Part shown: piece by piece, positions 8,952 through 18,781 of the stretch | How positions within the stretch are numbered: the first letter of the stretch is position 1 | Layout: each line of letters begins with the position of its first letter | Source of the DNA: Patescibacteria group bacterium | GTDB taxonomy: Bacteria; Patescibacteriota; Patescibacteriia; 2-12-FULL-57-11 | Direction: 5' to 3' | Length of the DNA: 64,000 bases | Assembly: GCA_004297205.1 (NCBI GenBank) | Contig: SCUL01000002.1 | Location: 316,594-380,593, forward strand | Position numbers and translations under genes: made by a program | The notes under the pieces: generated by a model | What the model was told of the DNA's origin: nothing | The model's database searches: none | The model's input: the letters and a program-made list of their open reading frames with translations, nothing else

Positions 8952-9506
8952 ATGCGCATTTCGCGTCACCGCCGGAAGTTCCAACAGCGCGTCGAGGAAC
9001 CCAAATTCCGGGTCAACGAAAAAATCACCAATCCGGAGGTGCGCATCATCGACGAGAACGGCGTCCACGTCGGGGTGCTGCCCATCGCCGAGGCCATCGC
9101 CCAGGCGCACGAACGCGGTCTCGACCTGGTGGAGATTTCGCCCAAGGACGTGCCGCCGATCTGCAAATACCTGAACTACGGCCAGTTCAAGTACGAACAG
9201 GAAAAGAAGGACCGCATCCAAAAGGCGCACGCCAAGAAAGTCGAAGTGAAGGGCGTCCGGCTTTCCCTGCGCATCGGCAACCACGACCTGGACATCCGCA
9301 AATCCCAGGCCATGGCCTTCCTCGAGGACGGCGACAAGGTCCAGGTGGAGTTGATCTTGCGCGGCCGCGAGAAGGCCCATGCGCCGCTGGCCGAGAAGGT
9401 CATGTACGACTTCGTGGAGCGCGTGAAGCAGGACGTACCGGTGCGCATCGAACAGCCGGTCTCCAAGCAGGGCGGCCGCATGACCCTGCTTATTGCCAAA
9501 ACCTGA
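8952..9506 (+). CDS. infC: Translation initiation factor IF-3.
   Basis: RIIDENGVHVGVLPIAEAIAQAHERGLDLVEISPKDVPPICKYLNYGQFKYEQEKK is a typical IF3 sequence. In-frame ATG at 8952. Confidence 0.85.
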   Translation: MRISRHRRKFQQRVEEPKFRVNEKITNPEVRIIDENGVHVGVLPIAEAIAQAHERGLDLVEISPKDVPPICKYLNYGQFKYEQEKKDRIQKAHAKKVEVKGVRLSLRIGNHDLDIRKSQAMAFLEDGDKVQVELILRGREKAHAPLAEKVMYDFVERVKQDVPVRIEQPVSKQGGRMTLLIAKT

Positions 9507-9543
9507 GGCCCCGGGTAGAATCCCGCCGTTCCCCTTTTTTCGT

Positions 9544-9741
9544 ATGTCGACCCGCAAAACCTACCAGGCCGGTGCCAAGCGCATGCGCGTCACCAAGAAC
9601 AAGAAGGTCGTGCACCGCGCGGCCGGCCAGGACCACTTCAATTCCCGCGAAAGCGGCAAGGTCACCAAAGGCAAGCGGCGCCACCGCGTGCTGTCGGGTT
9701 CCTACACCCGTTCGGTAAAGACCATGTTTACCCGCGTCTGA
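9544..9741 (+). CDS. rpmI: Ribosomal protein L35.
   Basis: 65-aa basic protein MSTRKTYQAGAKRMRVTKNKK... downstream of infC, in the canonical infC-rpmI-rplT order. Confidence 0.75.
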   Translation: MSTRKTYQAGAKRMRVTKNKKVVHRAAGQDHFNSRESGKVTKGKRRHRVLSGSYTRSVKTMFTRV

Positions 9742-9748
9742 TTTTCCT

Positions 9749-10096
9749 ATGCCTCGCGTCAAACGCGGTAAAACACATCTCAAGCGCCGCAAGAACATCC
9801 TCGCCCGCACCAAGGGGATGAAGTGGGGGCGCAAGTCGAAGCTCAAATTGGCCAAGACGGCCGCCGTCAAAGCCGGCGCCTACGCCTACCGCGACCGCCG
9901 CGTCAAAAAGCGCGAGTTCCGGGCGCTCTGGCAGATGCGCATCAACGCCGCTGCCCGCGAGCACGGCATGTCCTACTCGGCGCTCATGGGCAAGATCAAG
10001 AAGGCCAACATCGCGCTCGATCGCAAGGCCCTCTCGATGCTCGCCGCCGACCACCCCGCGGTCTTCGCGGCGGTGCTTAAAAAGGCCACGACCTAA
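9749..10096 (+). CDS. rplT: Ribosomal protein L20.
   Basis: MPRVKRGKTHLKRRKNILARTKG...RDRRVKKREFRALWQMRINAAAREHG is an L20 family signature. Confidence 0.9.
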   Translation: MPRVKRGKTHLKRRKNILARTKGMKWGRKSKLKLAKTAAVKAGAYAYRDRRVKKREFRALWQMRINAAAREHGMSYSALMGKIKKANIALDRKALSMLAADHPAVFAAVLKKATT

Positions 10097-10104
10097 GCAA
10101 AAAG

Positions 10105-10140
10105 AAAAAAGACGTCCCCTTGACCGGGGACGTCTTTTGT
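10105..10140 (+). terminator. Rho-independent terminator after rplT.
   Basis: aaaaagacgtcccc ttgacc ggggacgtcttttgtgg hairpin with a T-run. Confidence 0.65.
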
Positions 10141-10206
10141 GGTAGTGAAGCCGCACGGACGAGCGCGCAGTGCGCCGTCACCTGTCAAAGACAGAGGAGA
10201 GACACC

Positions 10207-10908
10207 ATGGCAGTCCCCCCGCCTCCGCCTCCGCCGCGGAGGACGACGACGCAGCAGTTCAAGGCGAAGTTCAGCAACAGGTGGTTCGTGATCGGCGTGA
10301 TCGCGCTCGGCTTCATCGGAGTCCTCTGCTGCGGCGGCGGACTCATGGCCCTGCTCGGGCACATGGGCTCGCCGACGGACCCCGCGGAGATCGCCGCGGC
10401 CACGCCCGACGCCGGCGCGGCCGAGGAGACGGCCGCCGTGGACCGCGCGGTCCCGCCGCCGTCCGCCGACGAGCCCGACCCGGACGATCCCGGGGAGAGC
10501 GACGTCGGCGACGAGGTCGCAGTCGCCGCAGCGGACCGGGACGCCGGTGCAGCGGACGCCGCCATCGTGGTAGCCGCAGCCGAGGGGGAGCCGTCCGCTC
10601 CCGATGGCAACTTCGAGACGGCAGACGGCGCAGTGGCAGTCGCAGCAGGCGAAGGTCCGGCCGGCGACGCCGCCGTTGCGGTGGCCGCAGTCGAGCCCCC
10701 GCCCGCGGAGCCGCCGCCGGCACTGCCCCCTCCCCCGCTTCCCGCGGGTCCGGTGGCCGAGCCCGTGGTCGTCGCCGCGGCCGACACGACGAGCCCCTGC
10801 GGCACCCCCGAGGGGCTCACGGACGAGGGGCACGCGCGGTGCATCGAGCACCTGCTCGGTCTGGCCCGCGCGCTGACCCCCGACTGGCATCCGCCCGCGT
10901 CGCCGTAG
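10207..10908 (+). CDS. Hypothetical single-pass membrane protein. Pro-rich N-terminus, acidic low-complexity ectodomain, C-terminal Cys/His motif.
   Basis: ATG at 10207 preceded by GGAGAG. TM helix WFVIGVIALGFIGVLCCGGGLMALLG. C-terminus ...SPCGTPEGLTDEGHARCIEHLLG. Confidence 0.5.
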   Translation: MAVPPPPPPPRRTTTQQFKAKFSNRWFVIGVIALGFIGVLCCGGGLMALLGHMGSPTDPAEIAAATPDAGAAEETAAVDRAVPPPSADEPDPDDPGESDVGDEVAVAAADRDAGAADAAIVVAAAEGEPSAPDGNFETADGAVAVAAGEGPAGDAAVAVAAVEPPPAEPPPALPPPPLPAGPVAEPVVVAAADTTSPCGTPEGLTDEGHARCIEHLLGLARALTPDWHPPASP

Positions 10909-10988
10909 ACGCAACGGAGCAGTCGCAGACGGTCATCTTCCACTTCGGTGGAAGGCGGCCGTCTCTTTTTATTTCCAGGAGGAACGCC

Positions 10989-11017
10989 TTGACACCCCCA
11001 CTTTTTCCCGGTATTCA
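10989..11017 (+). promoter_or_regulatory. Sigma70-like promoter: TTGACA, 17-nt spacer, TATTCA.
   Basis: ttgacacccccactttttcccggtattca, about 85 nt upstream of the ATG at 11102. Follows a terminator hairpin at about 10933-10985. Confidence 0.45.
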
Positions 11018-11101
11018 CAAAGCGTACCCGCCGGTTCGGAAACGATCCGCCGGGGAGTTCCATCCCGCCTCGCGGCGGGACAACAAAATGAAGGAGACAT
11101 C

Positions 11102-13330
11102 ATGAGGAAGATCGCTGCGGCCCTGGCCGCGTTGCTGGTACTGATCCTCGGCCTGGTCACGTCGACCGCGGCCGCCCAGGACGACCGGCGCGCCGAGGGC
11201 GCGTCGGTCCGAGCCTCGCTGGTGATCCGTCACGTCGTGCAGGAGGGGGAGAACCTCACCACCGACGACGGCCTCTACGGGCCGGGCGGCATCATGCAGC
11301 ACTACTTCGGCAGGCATCGCCGCGGCGATATCGCCCGGCTGCGCGCCTACGACGGCAACTTCCGCGCCATCCGGGTCGCGCGCTGCGACTGGCCGGACGA
11401 GATTCCGGTCGAGGAGCGGACCGCGCTCCAGGAGTGCCCGAACGCGTACGCCACGTACACGATCCGGCGCGCCGTCGGCCGCACCATCGAGATCCCGATG
11501 CGCTGGGTTCCCTCCCGACGCCTCGCGGAGCTGCTCGGCGTGACGCCGGGCGTGGCGCGCGACATGCGGCGGATCGCCGCGTCCATGGTCCTCCCTCCGG
11601 GGAGCGGCGCGGACGATGCGGACGACGACATGAACGGCGAGGATCCGCTCGTCGACGCGTCAACGGGCGCGGTGGCCGGGACCGAACCCGAAGGGGCTCC
11701 GGATGCCGGCACCGAACGCCTGGCAGAAGACAACCGTGACGCCGGTTCGCCCCTCGCGGGTGGTACCGGTGGCACGGGCGGCACCGACGGTCACGAGCAC
11801 GTCGGCGGCGGAGACGCCCCCAGCGGGAGCAACGGCTTCCTCGAGGGAGTCGCCGTGGTCGGCAGCATGTTCATGGCCTGCCTCTGCCTGTTCCTGCTCA
11901 TCGCCGTGTGGCGGATGCTCTGGGAGCTGGTGCCGATGCTGGCGAAGGACCTCTGGCGCATGTGGCGCGCCTTCCGGCGGCTGCTGCGCATCCGGGCCAA
12001 TCGGGCGCGGAAGCCCTACGATCCGGAGACGGATCCGCGGACGGGGAAGATCCGTCAGCAGCGCGATGCCTACCGCCAGGCCAACCACGATCTGGAGCTG
12101 GAGAAGGCCGCGGCCCTGACCCGGGCCGGTACCGCCGAAAACGAGCGGGAGACGGCGCGCCGGGAAAAGGACGCGGAGCAGCGCGACAAGAATATCGCGC
12201 AGGGCACGGTCCGCAAGATCGCCGAGGCGCTCGGCCTTTCGGTCGGGAACGGCAAGCTGCCGGTGAACATGATCGTCGATCACGTGCGGCAGGCGGCGGC
12301 CCTCCTCCAGAAGGTCGCCGAGTGGACGCAACCCGCCAATCCGTGGGAGTTCGCCCTGGCCGGTGACGCCTTCGATCTGAAGCTGCAGGAGACGTCCGAC
12401 ACGGAGAGGCGGGCGAGACGGGCCGTGGCCCGGGTGCGGAGCTGGGGCAAGCTGGCCCTGGACCGCAAGCGGGAGATCAATGGACTGAACGCCGGGTTCT
12501 CCGAGCACCTCGCGCAGTCGGCAGCGGGCTACCTGGCGCTGGTGGAGGAAAAGAACGGGCTGGTGCGGCGGGTCATCCAGACGGAGGACCAGCTGCGGGC
12601 GCACGACATCCAGCCGCTCGCCTGGCCGCCGGCCGCGACGGCACCTGCCGAGGAGCCGGCGCCCGGCTTGCCGGAGGCACCGCTCGAAAAGCCGCGGCGC
12701 GGTGACGAGAAGACCGAGGTGGTCTTCGGCCTCGACACCTTCGCCCGGGAAGCCGAGCGACTGGCACGGGACGCGGCGGCGTCGGAGGCGTTGGAAAACG
12801 CGCCGACGAGCGCCGGCTTCCGCATCGGGGACCTCGGCGGGGCTCCGGAGGCGGACGAACTGCCGGGCCCGGCAGCGCCGCCGGAGATCGCTCCGGACAA
12901 GACCTCGCCCGGTGTCGGACTGGCCGACGTCGAAGGCGCGCCGCAGGGCGTTCCTCCGCCCGCTCCCAAGCGGCCCACCGTCGGGTTCGAGGAGATGGGC
13001 AGGCGCGGCGACCAGACCGGCCCCATCGCGGTGCCGCCGACGGGCGCGCTGCCCGTCATCGATCCGGATGCGGACCCGGACGACGAAGACGTCGACGAAG
13101 ATCTGCAGGGCAACGGCTCGGGCAACGGCTCGAGTCCCCCCTCCCATACGCAACCCGTGATGTGCGGGTGCGGAAAGGAGGTCGCGTGGTACGACTGGGT
13201 GGCGCACCTGGCGATCTGTCCGGATGCGGACAAGATCCAGGCGCCCAACCCGCCGGACGTGCCTCCCGCAACGGAGGTCCGCCCGGCGCAAGAAAAGAGG
13301 CGCAGGCGCCGACGAAAGAATTCGCCGTAG
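11102..13330 (+). CDS. Large hypothetical membrane protein (742 aa). Signal peptide, central TM, coiled-coil and disordered regions, C-terminal CGCG...H...C motif.
   Basis: AAGGAGA RBS plus ATG at 11102. N-terminus MRKIAAALAALLVLILGLVTSTAAA. TM helix MFMACLCLFLLIAVW. C-terminus VMCGCGKEVAWYDWVAHLAICPD. Confidence 0.55.
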   Translation: MRKIAAALAALLVLILGLVTSTAAAQDDRRAEGASVRASLVIRHVVQEGENLTTDDGLYGPGGIMQHYFGRHRRGDIARLRAYDGNFRAIRVARCDWPDEIPVEERTALQECPNAYATYTIRRAVGRTIEIPMRWVPSRRLAELLGVTPGVARDMRRIAASMVLPPGSGADDADDDMNGEDPLVDASTGAVAGTEPEGAPDAGTERLAEDNRDAGSPLAGGTGGTGGTDGHEHVGGGDAPSGSNGFLEGVAVVGSMFMACLCLFLLIAVWRMLWELVPMLAKDLWRMWRAFRRLLRIRANRARKPYDPETDPRTGKIRQQRDAYRQANHDLELEKAAALTRAGTAENERETARREKDAEQRDKNIAQGTVRKIAEALGLSVGNGKLPVNMIVDHVRQAAALLQKVAEWTQPANPWEFALAGDAFDLKLQETSDTERRARRAVARVRSWGKLALDRKREINGLNAGFSEHLAQSAAGYLALVEEKNGLVRRVIQTEDQLRAHDIQPLAWPPAATAPAEEPAPGLPEAPLEKPRRGDEKTEVVFGLDTFAREAERLARDAAASEALENAPTSAGFRIGDLGGAPEADELPGPAAPPEIAPDKTSPGVGLADVEGAPQGVPPPAPKRPTVGFEEMGRRGDQTGPIAVPPTGALPVIDPDADPDDEDVDEDLQGNGSGNGSSPPSHTQPVMCGCGKEVAWYDWVAHLAICPDADKIQAPNPPDVPPATEVRPAQEKRRRRRRKNSP

Positions 13331-13339
13331 CCCCGCACC

Positions 13340-13385
13340 TCTCCCACGCCGCCGGTATCCGCAAGGACGCCGGCGCTCTTTTTTA
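13340..13385 (+). terminator. Rho-independent terminator (cgccggtatccgcaaggacgccggcg hairpin plus ctctttttt).
   Basis: Hairpin plus T-run between convergent genes. Confidence 0.55.
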
Positions 13386-13387
13386 TG

Positions 13388-15604
13388 CTAGAAGTTGCCG
13401 TCGATGGACGTCGTGGCCGCCGTGATCGAGGACGGACTGAAGGCCGAGGCCGAGGTGATGTCGACGCCGAACAGGAAATTGCCGAAGAGGGTGTCGTCGA
13501 CGTCGTCGATCTTGGCATTCCAGGCACTCCCATAGACGCCGGACGCCACCGACTCGCTCGTCACGGCGCGCAACACGCCGCCGCGGTCCACGGCGTAGAC
13601 GGTATGCACGGTGGGGAACTTCACGAGGCGCACGCCCGGACGCGGCAGGACGTTCTTGCCGACCGGCAGCGACGCCAGGAAGGCGGCGTCGACCACCTGG
13701 ACCTGCGTGAAGTCGTTGAACCAGGTGAAGTAGATGCGGGCGCTCGGGAAGGCGTGCCGCTTGCCGTCGCGGCCGTAGTAGTAGACGGCTTTGCAGGCAT
13801 GGAAGCTGTCGGCGCCTGCCGGGCAGGCCAGCTTGATGAGGCGTCCCGGCGCGGCCGAGGTGGTGGGCGCGCTGAGAAGGCCTGCGCCCAGCGGGTTGTA
13901 GCCGTTGCGGATTTCCGTGCCGTCACTGAAGCCGTCGCCGTCGGTGTCGCGGGTGGTCGGGCTGGTGCCGTAGAGGGTTTCGTCGGCGTCGGCCAGGTCG
14001 TCGCCGTCGGCGTCCGGATCGGAACCGGTCGAGATCGGCACCGGGGTGGGTGCGGGCGGCGGTGCAGAGGCAGCCACCGACACGGCGATCGTGCGGCCGA
14101 GGCCGACGCCGGTGTTGCCCGCGGCGTCCGTACAACGCACCTCCGCGGCGTAGGAACCGGCCACGGAGAACGTGTAGGAGCGCGAAGCGCTGCCGCCGGA
14201 CACGGCCATCGTCCCGGCGGCGCCGCCGGAGACGTAGAGCGTGCAGGAGGAAATGCCGATGTTGTCCGAGGCCGTGGCGGTGAGCGTGATGGCCGTGCCA
14301 GCAGTCGCCGCCGCCTGGACGATCTGCCCGACGCTCGGGACGGTGGTGTCCGCAGTGGCGGGCGGGGCGCTCACCGTGACCGTGGCGCTGCCGGTGCCGG
14401 CGTTCCCTGCCGCGTCGGTGCAGCGCACCTGCACGGCGAAACTCCCGGCGGCGGCTAAGGTATGGCTGCGGCTGGCCACGCCGGAAGAGACCGCCATGGC
14501 GCCCTGGGAGACGCCGCCGACGAAGAGCGTGCAGGAAGAAATGCCGACGTCATCGGCAACACTGGCCGTGATGGAGACGGCGCTGCCGCTCGTCGCCGTG
14601 GTCGGCCCGACGCCCGTGACCGTCGGCAGCGTGGTATCGGCCGCGGGCGCCACGGTCACGTTGATCGTACCGCTGACCGCGGCGCTGTTGGCCGGGCTCG
14701 CGGTGTCGGTGCAGCTGACGGAGACGCTGTGGCTGCCGACGGTCGTGAACGTCCGGGATTCGCTGTAGGTGCTGCCGCTTTGGCTCATGCTGGTGACCGT
14801 CACCACGCCGTCGATCGTGGAGGTGCACTTGTTGATGGCCACGTTGTCGGTGGCCGTGACGCTGATCGTCACCGCCACATCCTTGGTGGCCGTGGTCGGC
14901 TGCAGGTTGGAGACGACCGGCGGCGTACTGTCGGCCGCCGCGACCGTCACGGTGCGCGATGCAGAGCCGGAGTTTCCCGTCCTATCGATACAGTTGACCT
15001 GCACGGTGTGACTGCCCGCGGACGAAAACGTGACGCCGGACAGCGAGTACGTCGAACCCGAGGCGGTCATCAGGCCGGACTCCGCGCCATCGACAATCAC
15101 CCCGCAGGTGTTGATCCCGGAACCGAATTCGTCATCCATGGCAAACGCGCTGACCGTCGTGGCTGTGCCGGCCGTGGCCGTGGCCGGCTGGAGGTTGGAA
15201 ACCGACGGCGCCGTGTTGTCCGTGAAGATCGTGACCGCGACCGCGGCGCTGGTGCCTTCGTTGGGCGAGGCGGCCTCATCGGTGCAGCGCACCTTTACGC
15301 TGATCGAGCCGGCGGTGCCGGTGTAGGTGTAGGAGCGCGTGGCCGTGCCGGACAATCCGCCCGGATTCGACAAGGTCATCGTCCCCTGGTCCACGCTGTT
15401 GACGACGAGCGCGCACTGCGCGACCCCGGCGATGTCGTCGGTATAGTTCACGGAATACACCGTGGCCTGGTTCTTGTACGTCGAGGTCGGCACCGGCGAC
15501 GACACCGCGGGCGGCGTCCCGTCGGTGATGGCGGCCGCGGAGAGCGGCGCCAGGGCCGATACGGCCATGGCGGCCAGAGCGAGGCGGGAGACGAATGTGC
15601 GCAT
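13388..15604 (-). CDS. Secreted surface protein with about five tandem Ig-like repeats, a TSP3-like Ca-binding motif ([21 protein letters not shown]) and a C-terminal domain.
   Basis: Repeats of about 90 aa (TxPxVSNLQPxTAT...CT..IDG...). Likely start at the internal Met MRTFVSRLALAAMAVSALAPLSAAA (signal peptide), ATG at 15602-15604. Confidence 0.6.
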   Translation of the reverse strand: MRTFVSRLALAAMAVSALAPLSAAAITDGTPPAVSSPVPTSTYKNQATVYSVNYTDDIAGVAQCALVVNSVDQGTMTLSNPGGLSGTATRSYTYTGTAGSISVKVRCTDEAASPNEGTSAAVAVTIFTDNTAPSVSNLQPATATAGTATTVSAFAMDDEFGSGINTCGVIVDGAESGLMTASGSTYSLSGVTFSSAGSHTVQVNCIDRTGNSGSASRTVTVAAADSTPPVVSNLQPTTATKDVAVTISVTATDNVAINKCTSTIDGVVTVTSMSQSGSTYSESRTFTTVGSHSVSVSCTDTASPANSAAVSGTINVTVAPAADTTLPTVTGVGPTTATSGSAVSITASVADDVGISSCTLFVGGVSQGAMAVSSGVASRSHTLAAAGSFAVQVRCTDAAGNAGTGSATVTVSAPPATADTTVPSVGQIVQAAATAGTAITLTATASDNIGISSCTLYVSGGAAGTMAVSGGSASRSYTFSVAGSYAAEVRCTDAAGNTGVGLGRTIAVSVAASAPPPAPTPVPISTGSDPDADGDDLADADETLYGTSPTTRDTDGDGFSDGTEIRNGYNPLGAGLLSAPTTSAAPGRLIKLACPAGADSFHACKAVYYYGRDGKRHAFPSARIYFTWFNDFTQVQVVDAAFLASLPVGKNVLPRPGVRLVKFPTVHTVYAVDRGGVLRAVTSESVASGVYGSAWNAKIDDVDDTLFGNFLFGVDITSASAFSPSSITAATTSIDGNF

Positions 15605-15708
15605 AAGCGAAATAACGGGCCTGCGGCCCAGATCTTCACCAGTATACCCCCTCGGACGATTGACGTATCCCCAACCGCCCCGTAGGCTCGCCGGCAGGAG
15701 GTCGTTCC

Positions 15709-16452
15709 ATGACAAAAGATCCGGGGAGATCGCTGCTGACCCGGGGCAAAATCCTCGAGCACGCGGAGGCCGGTGACATCGTCATCCGGCCGTTCAACGA
15801 GAAGAACGTCAAGACGACGAGCTACGACGTGCGGCTCGGCAAGTGGCACTTCCGCAAGTCGCGCTCCGGGGAGAAGTCGCGCGACGGGTTGATGCCGATG
15901 TTCAACCCCTTCCGCAAGGAGGAGGTCGACCGCTACTGGGGCACGGCCATCGAAGCCGAGCCGGTGACCATGTGGCGCCAGCGCGGCTACGACATGGATC
16001 CCCTGCCCGACGCGGCGCGCGTCATCGTCCTCTACCCGCTGGAGACGATCCTCGCGCACACCGTCGAGTTCATCGGCGGCCGCACCTGCGTCTCCACGGA
16101 GATGCGGGCGCGCTCCACGATGGGCCGCATCGGCGTGACCATCTGCAAGTGCGCGGGCTGGGGCGATCTCGGGTACATCAATCGGTGGACCATGGAGATC
16201 ACCAACCACAACGAAGACGCCTGCGTGCCGCTCGTCGTGGGCATGCGCCTCGGGCAGATCATCTTCTACAAGGTCGATCCGCTCAAGGAAAGCTACGCCG
16301 CCGAGCACGGCAAGTACCAGACGAGCGACCAGATCGACGAGATCATGCGCTCCTGGCGACCGGAGGCCATGCTTCCCAAGCTCTACAAGGACGACGAGCT
16401 CGTCACCGGCTTCCCGGCCGATGACGTGGTGGACAAGGAGAAGGCGGCATGA
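15709..16452 (+). CDS. dcd: dCTP deaminase / dUTPase-superfamily protein.
   Basis: GGAGG RBS. ILAHTVEFIGG...GRIGVTICKCAGWGDLGYINRWTMEITNHNEDACVPLVVGMRLGQIIF resembles the Dcd family. Confidence 0.65.
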   Translation: MTKDPGRSLLTRGKILEHAEAGDIVIRPFNEKNVKTTSYDVRLGKWHFRKSRSGEKSRDGLMPMFNPFRKEEVDRYWGTAIEAEPVTMWRQRGYDMDPLPDAARVIVLYPLETILAHTVEFIGGRTCVSTEMRARSTMGRIGVTICKCAGWGDLGYINRWTMEITNHNEDACVPLVVGMRLGQIIFYKVDPLKESYAAEHGKYQTSDQIDEIMRSWRPEAMLPKLYKDDELVTGFPADDVVDKEKAA

Positions 16453-16691
16453 CGCAGAAGGACCGGCTCTGCCAGTTCGTGGATCCGGCCTCGCGACACG
16501 GCGAGGCCGACATCGCCGAGGCCATGGGCGCGCGCACCTGCCCGCAGCCGCAGGTCATGGACCCGCCCCACTCCGGGCAGAAGGACCGCATTTGCGTGGC
16601 CTGCCTGTACGACTGGGCGGAAGCCAACGAGCCGCCGAACAAGGGCGTCTGGGGTCCGGTGCGTACGCACCTGGAGATCCTGAGGCGCTGA
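16449..16691 (+). CDS. Small Cys-containing hypothetical protein (80 aa), translationally coupled to dcd.
   Basis: ATGA start/stop overlap with dcd. Cys residues in CPQP and CVACLYD contexts. Followed by the terminator gaccgcgaaagcggtc plus T7. Confidence 0.4.
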   Translation: MTQKDRLCQFVDPASRHGEADIAEAMGARTCPQPQVMDPPHSGQKDRICVACLYDWAEANEPPNKGVWGPVRTHLEILRR

Positions 16692-16743
16692 CCGCGAAAG
16701 CGGTCCTCTTTTTTTACATAAAAAAGAAGAGCGCCGAAGCGCC

Positions 16744-17220
16744 CTACTCGATCTCGCCGAGCTCGCGCAGCCGGGCGATACCGTCGCGCAGAATCTGCGC
16801 GTGGTCGAAGCCGATCTTCAGCGTGGCCATGTGGTCCGGGCGCGCGATCTCATCCGCGCGGAAGGCGCGCACCTCGGCGATGCGCTCTCCCGGCACCATG
16901 GCGCCGTCAACGACCCGGCACAGGAACGACAGGGCCACGTCGCCGTACTTCTCGACCCGTTCGGGGCTGTCGTAGATCCCCACGAGCGACCGCTGCATGG
17001 TGTCGCACAGCGGCGTCACGACGAGCCCGGTCTTCTGACGGACGCGATCGCACATCGCGACCTCCATGCTCTGGCCGATCCGGACGATCGTGCCGGGCGT
17101 ATGCCACGCGCCGGGCTCCGTCTCCGCGTCCGGTCCGCGCTTGGCCAGCACGATCAGCCGGCCGAAGACGACGATCGGATCCACGCCGAGGTAGGCGCAC
17201 TGTTGCTTCTGTCCGCTCAT
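16744..17220 (-). CDS. NUDIX-family hydrolase-like protein (degenerate Nudix box).
   Basis: G..WHTPGTIVRIGQSMEVAMCDRVRQKTGL resembles a Nudix fold motif. Terminator hairpin gggcgcttcggcgctc plus T-run downstream. Confidence 0.4.
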   Translation of the reverse strand: MSGQKQQCAYLGVDPIVVFGRLIVLAKRGPDAETEPGAWHTPGTIVRIGQSMEVAMCDRVRQKTGLVVTPLCDTMQRSLVGIYDSPERVEKYGDVALSFLCRVVDGAMVPGERIAEVRAFRADEIARPDHMATLKIGFDHAQILRDGIARLRELGEIE

Positions 17221-17310
17221 TCACTCCTCCCGGCGCCGAGCCTAACCGAACGGAGGAACCCTGTCAACGGAAACACGCTCCGGGGGGTGAGGCGGAGCGT
17301 GTCGTACGCG

Positions 17311-17781
17311 TTACTGTTCCATGCTTGCCTTGAACCGCTCGAAGTGGGGAGGCGGCGTGCCGTTGCCGTTGAAGCGATGCTTGATGAATTTCCGCAGCAT
17401 CATCTTCCCGGGCTTGGGGTGATTGGCCAACCGCTCCAGTATCTTGTCGGCCTGCTCCTGGGTGATCTTGCCGCTGGCCACGCGGGCGGCGATCTCCGCC
17501 TTGGCGCGGGCCTGCATCTTGGCCTGGATCTCTTCAGGCGTGATGCCCAGCTTTTTGGCGATCTCCCCCGGCTTCAGGCCGGCGTCGATCTTCGTTTTGA
17601 GTTCATCGACCGTGATCCCGAGGTCTTCGGCGATCATGGCCTGTATCTCCGTCTTGTCGATGCGCGGACGCTGCATCACCCCGGCACCGCCATCATGGGC
17701 GTATGCGAGCGATGCGGTGGCCAGCGTGCCGGCGAGCGCGATGCCCGCCGCTGCCGCAGGAATGACCCTTTTCATGCGCAT
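17311..17781 (-). CDS. Small secreted hypothetical protein with repeated GIT..E(L/I) helical motifs.
   Basis: Likely start MRMKRVIPAAAAGIALAGTLATASLAYA (signal peptide) rather than the ORF-track start. Confidence 0.4.
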   Translation of the reverse strand: MRMKRVIPAAAAGIALAGTLATASLAYAHDGGAGVMQRPRIDKTEIQAMIAEDLGITVDELKTKIDAGLKPGEIAKKLGITPEEIQAKMQARAKAEIAARVASGKITQEQADKILERLANHPKPGKMMLRKFIKHRFNGNGTPPPHFERFKASMEQ

Positions 17782-17922
17782 AGCGTTCTGAGGGTTACTG
17801 AGTGAACCGTCCTCTAGGTGCACCTATACCTGGAGATACACGGCTATGAGCTGAGGGGTTACAAAATATATCCTCCGCTCGTGACAGCCTAAATTGCTTC
17901 CGCTTAATCAATCTTTACCTGA

Positions 17923-18663
17923 TTAGCGCCATAGCCCGAACCAGTGTAGGCCGGTCTTCAGTCTATAGATGACTCCTGCTCGCCAAATTCTGAAGATATG
18001 CCAAACGTACGGAAGGGGGTTGCCATTCTTTAAATCATGGAACGTATTCTCGAGTGTCCAACGGAGATCAATTTCTTTCTTTGAATGCGAAGCTCCCTTC
18101 TCATCAAAAAAATTTCCATGTATATCCTCAAAAACAAGTTCATAAGTGTACTTCGATAATACAAAAGGAGAACCTGGGGCAACAGACCTGTACTCTCTTA
18201 GGAGTTTTGCGTCAGCCGTACCCTCTGTTTCGAGGTGGAAAACGACATCGATCCGTTTTGCTTCACAGCTGTCTAGCCTAAGCGGTATCGCAACGTTTTG
18301 ACCACTGTTTGGATCGATAACACTGTCGGGATTGAAGCCGAAACGCAAGGTTGCGTTTTTATACTTTGGGTGCCAAACAACCAAATATACGTTCACGATC
18401 GATGTTGGCCAGTCGCTCTTGTTTTTAATTGTTCCAGCAATAGCTATTCTGTATTTCCCGACACGGTCTCCATCTTTCACCATCGTGCCCGATCGTCCAC
18501 GCATGTCAAACCTTATGCTTGGGGTTTTCCGAATGGCCTGAAGAACAGAGTAGGGTAGCAAAAAGAGACCTGAAATTGACCCGACGTTCAATAGGAGGTT
18601 CGCCCAGTCAAACCCTGGAGGAATACCCAACGTACTAGAGGTCATGATATGTCTGATAGACAA
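17923..18663 (-). CDS. Hypothetical protein (246 aa) in the lower-GC region.
   Basis: Long ORF with AT-shifted codon usage relative to its flanks. No recognisable motifs. Confidence 0.4.
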   Translation of the reverse strand: MSIRHIMTSSTLGIPPGFDWANLLLNVGSISGLFLLPYSVLQAIRKTPSIRFDMRGRSGTMVKDGDRVGKYRIAIAGTIKNKSDWPTSIVNVYLVVWHPKYKNATLRFGFNPDSVIDPNSGQNVAIPLRLDSCEAKRIDVVFHLETEGTADAKLLREYRSVAPGSPFVLSKYTYELVFEDIHGNFFDEKGASHSKKEIDLRWTLENTFHDLKNGNPLPYVWHIFRIWRAGVIYRLKTGLHWFGLWR

Positions 18664-18781
18664 ATGTAGCTGGGAAAAATCCTAGCACCAGAGACCAGTC
18701 CTAACAATTTCTTACCCTAAACAGATGAATCTAAGCCATCTGGACAGCCCCGATTCTCCCTGCTACACTGTGGCCACATTT

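Noticed and set aside
10170-11105. 311-aa plus-strand ORF and 292-aa minus-strand ORF rich in Arg/Gly/Ser.
   Set aside because: Alternative frames of the GCC-repeat-rich 10207-10908 gene. The chosen frame has a TM helix, an RBS and coherent composition.
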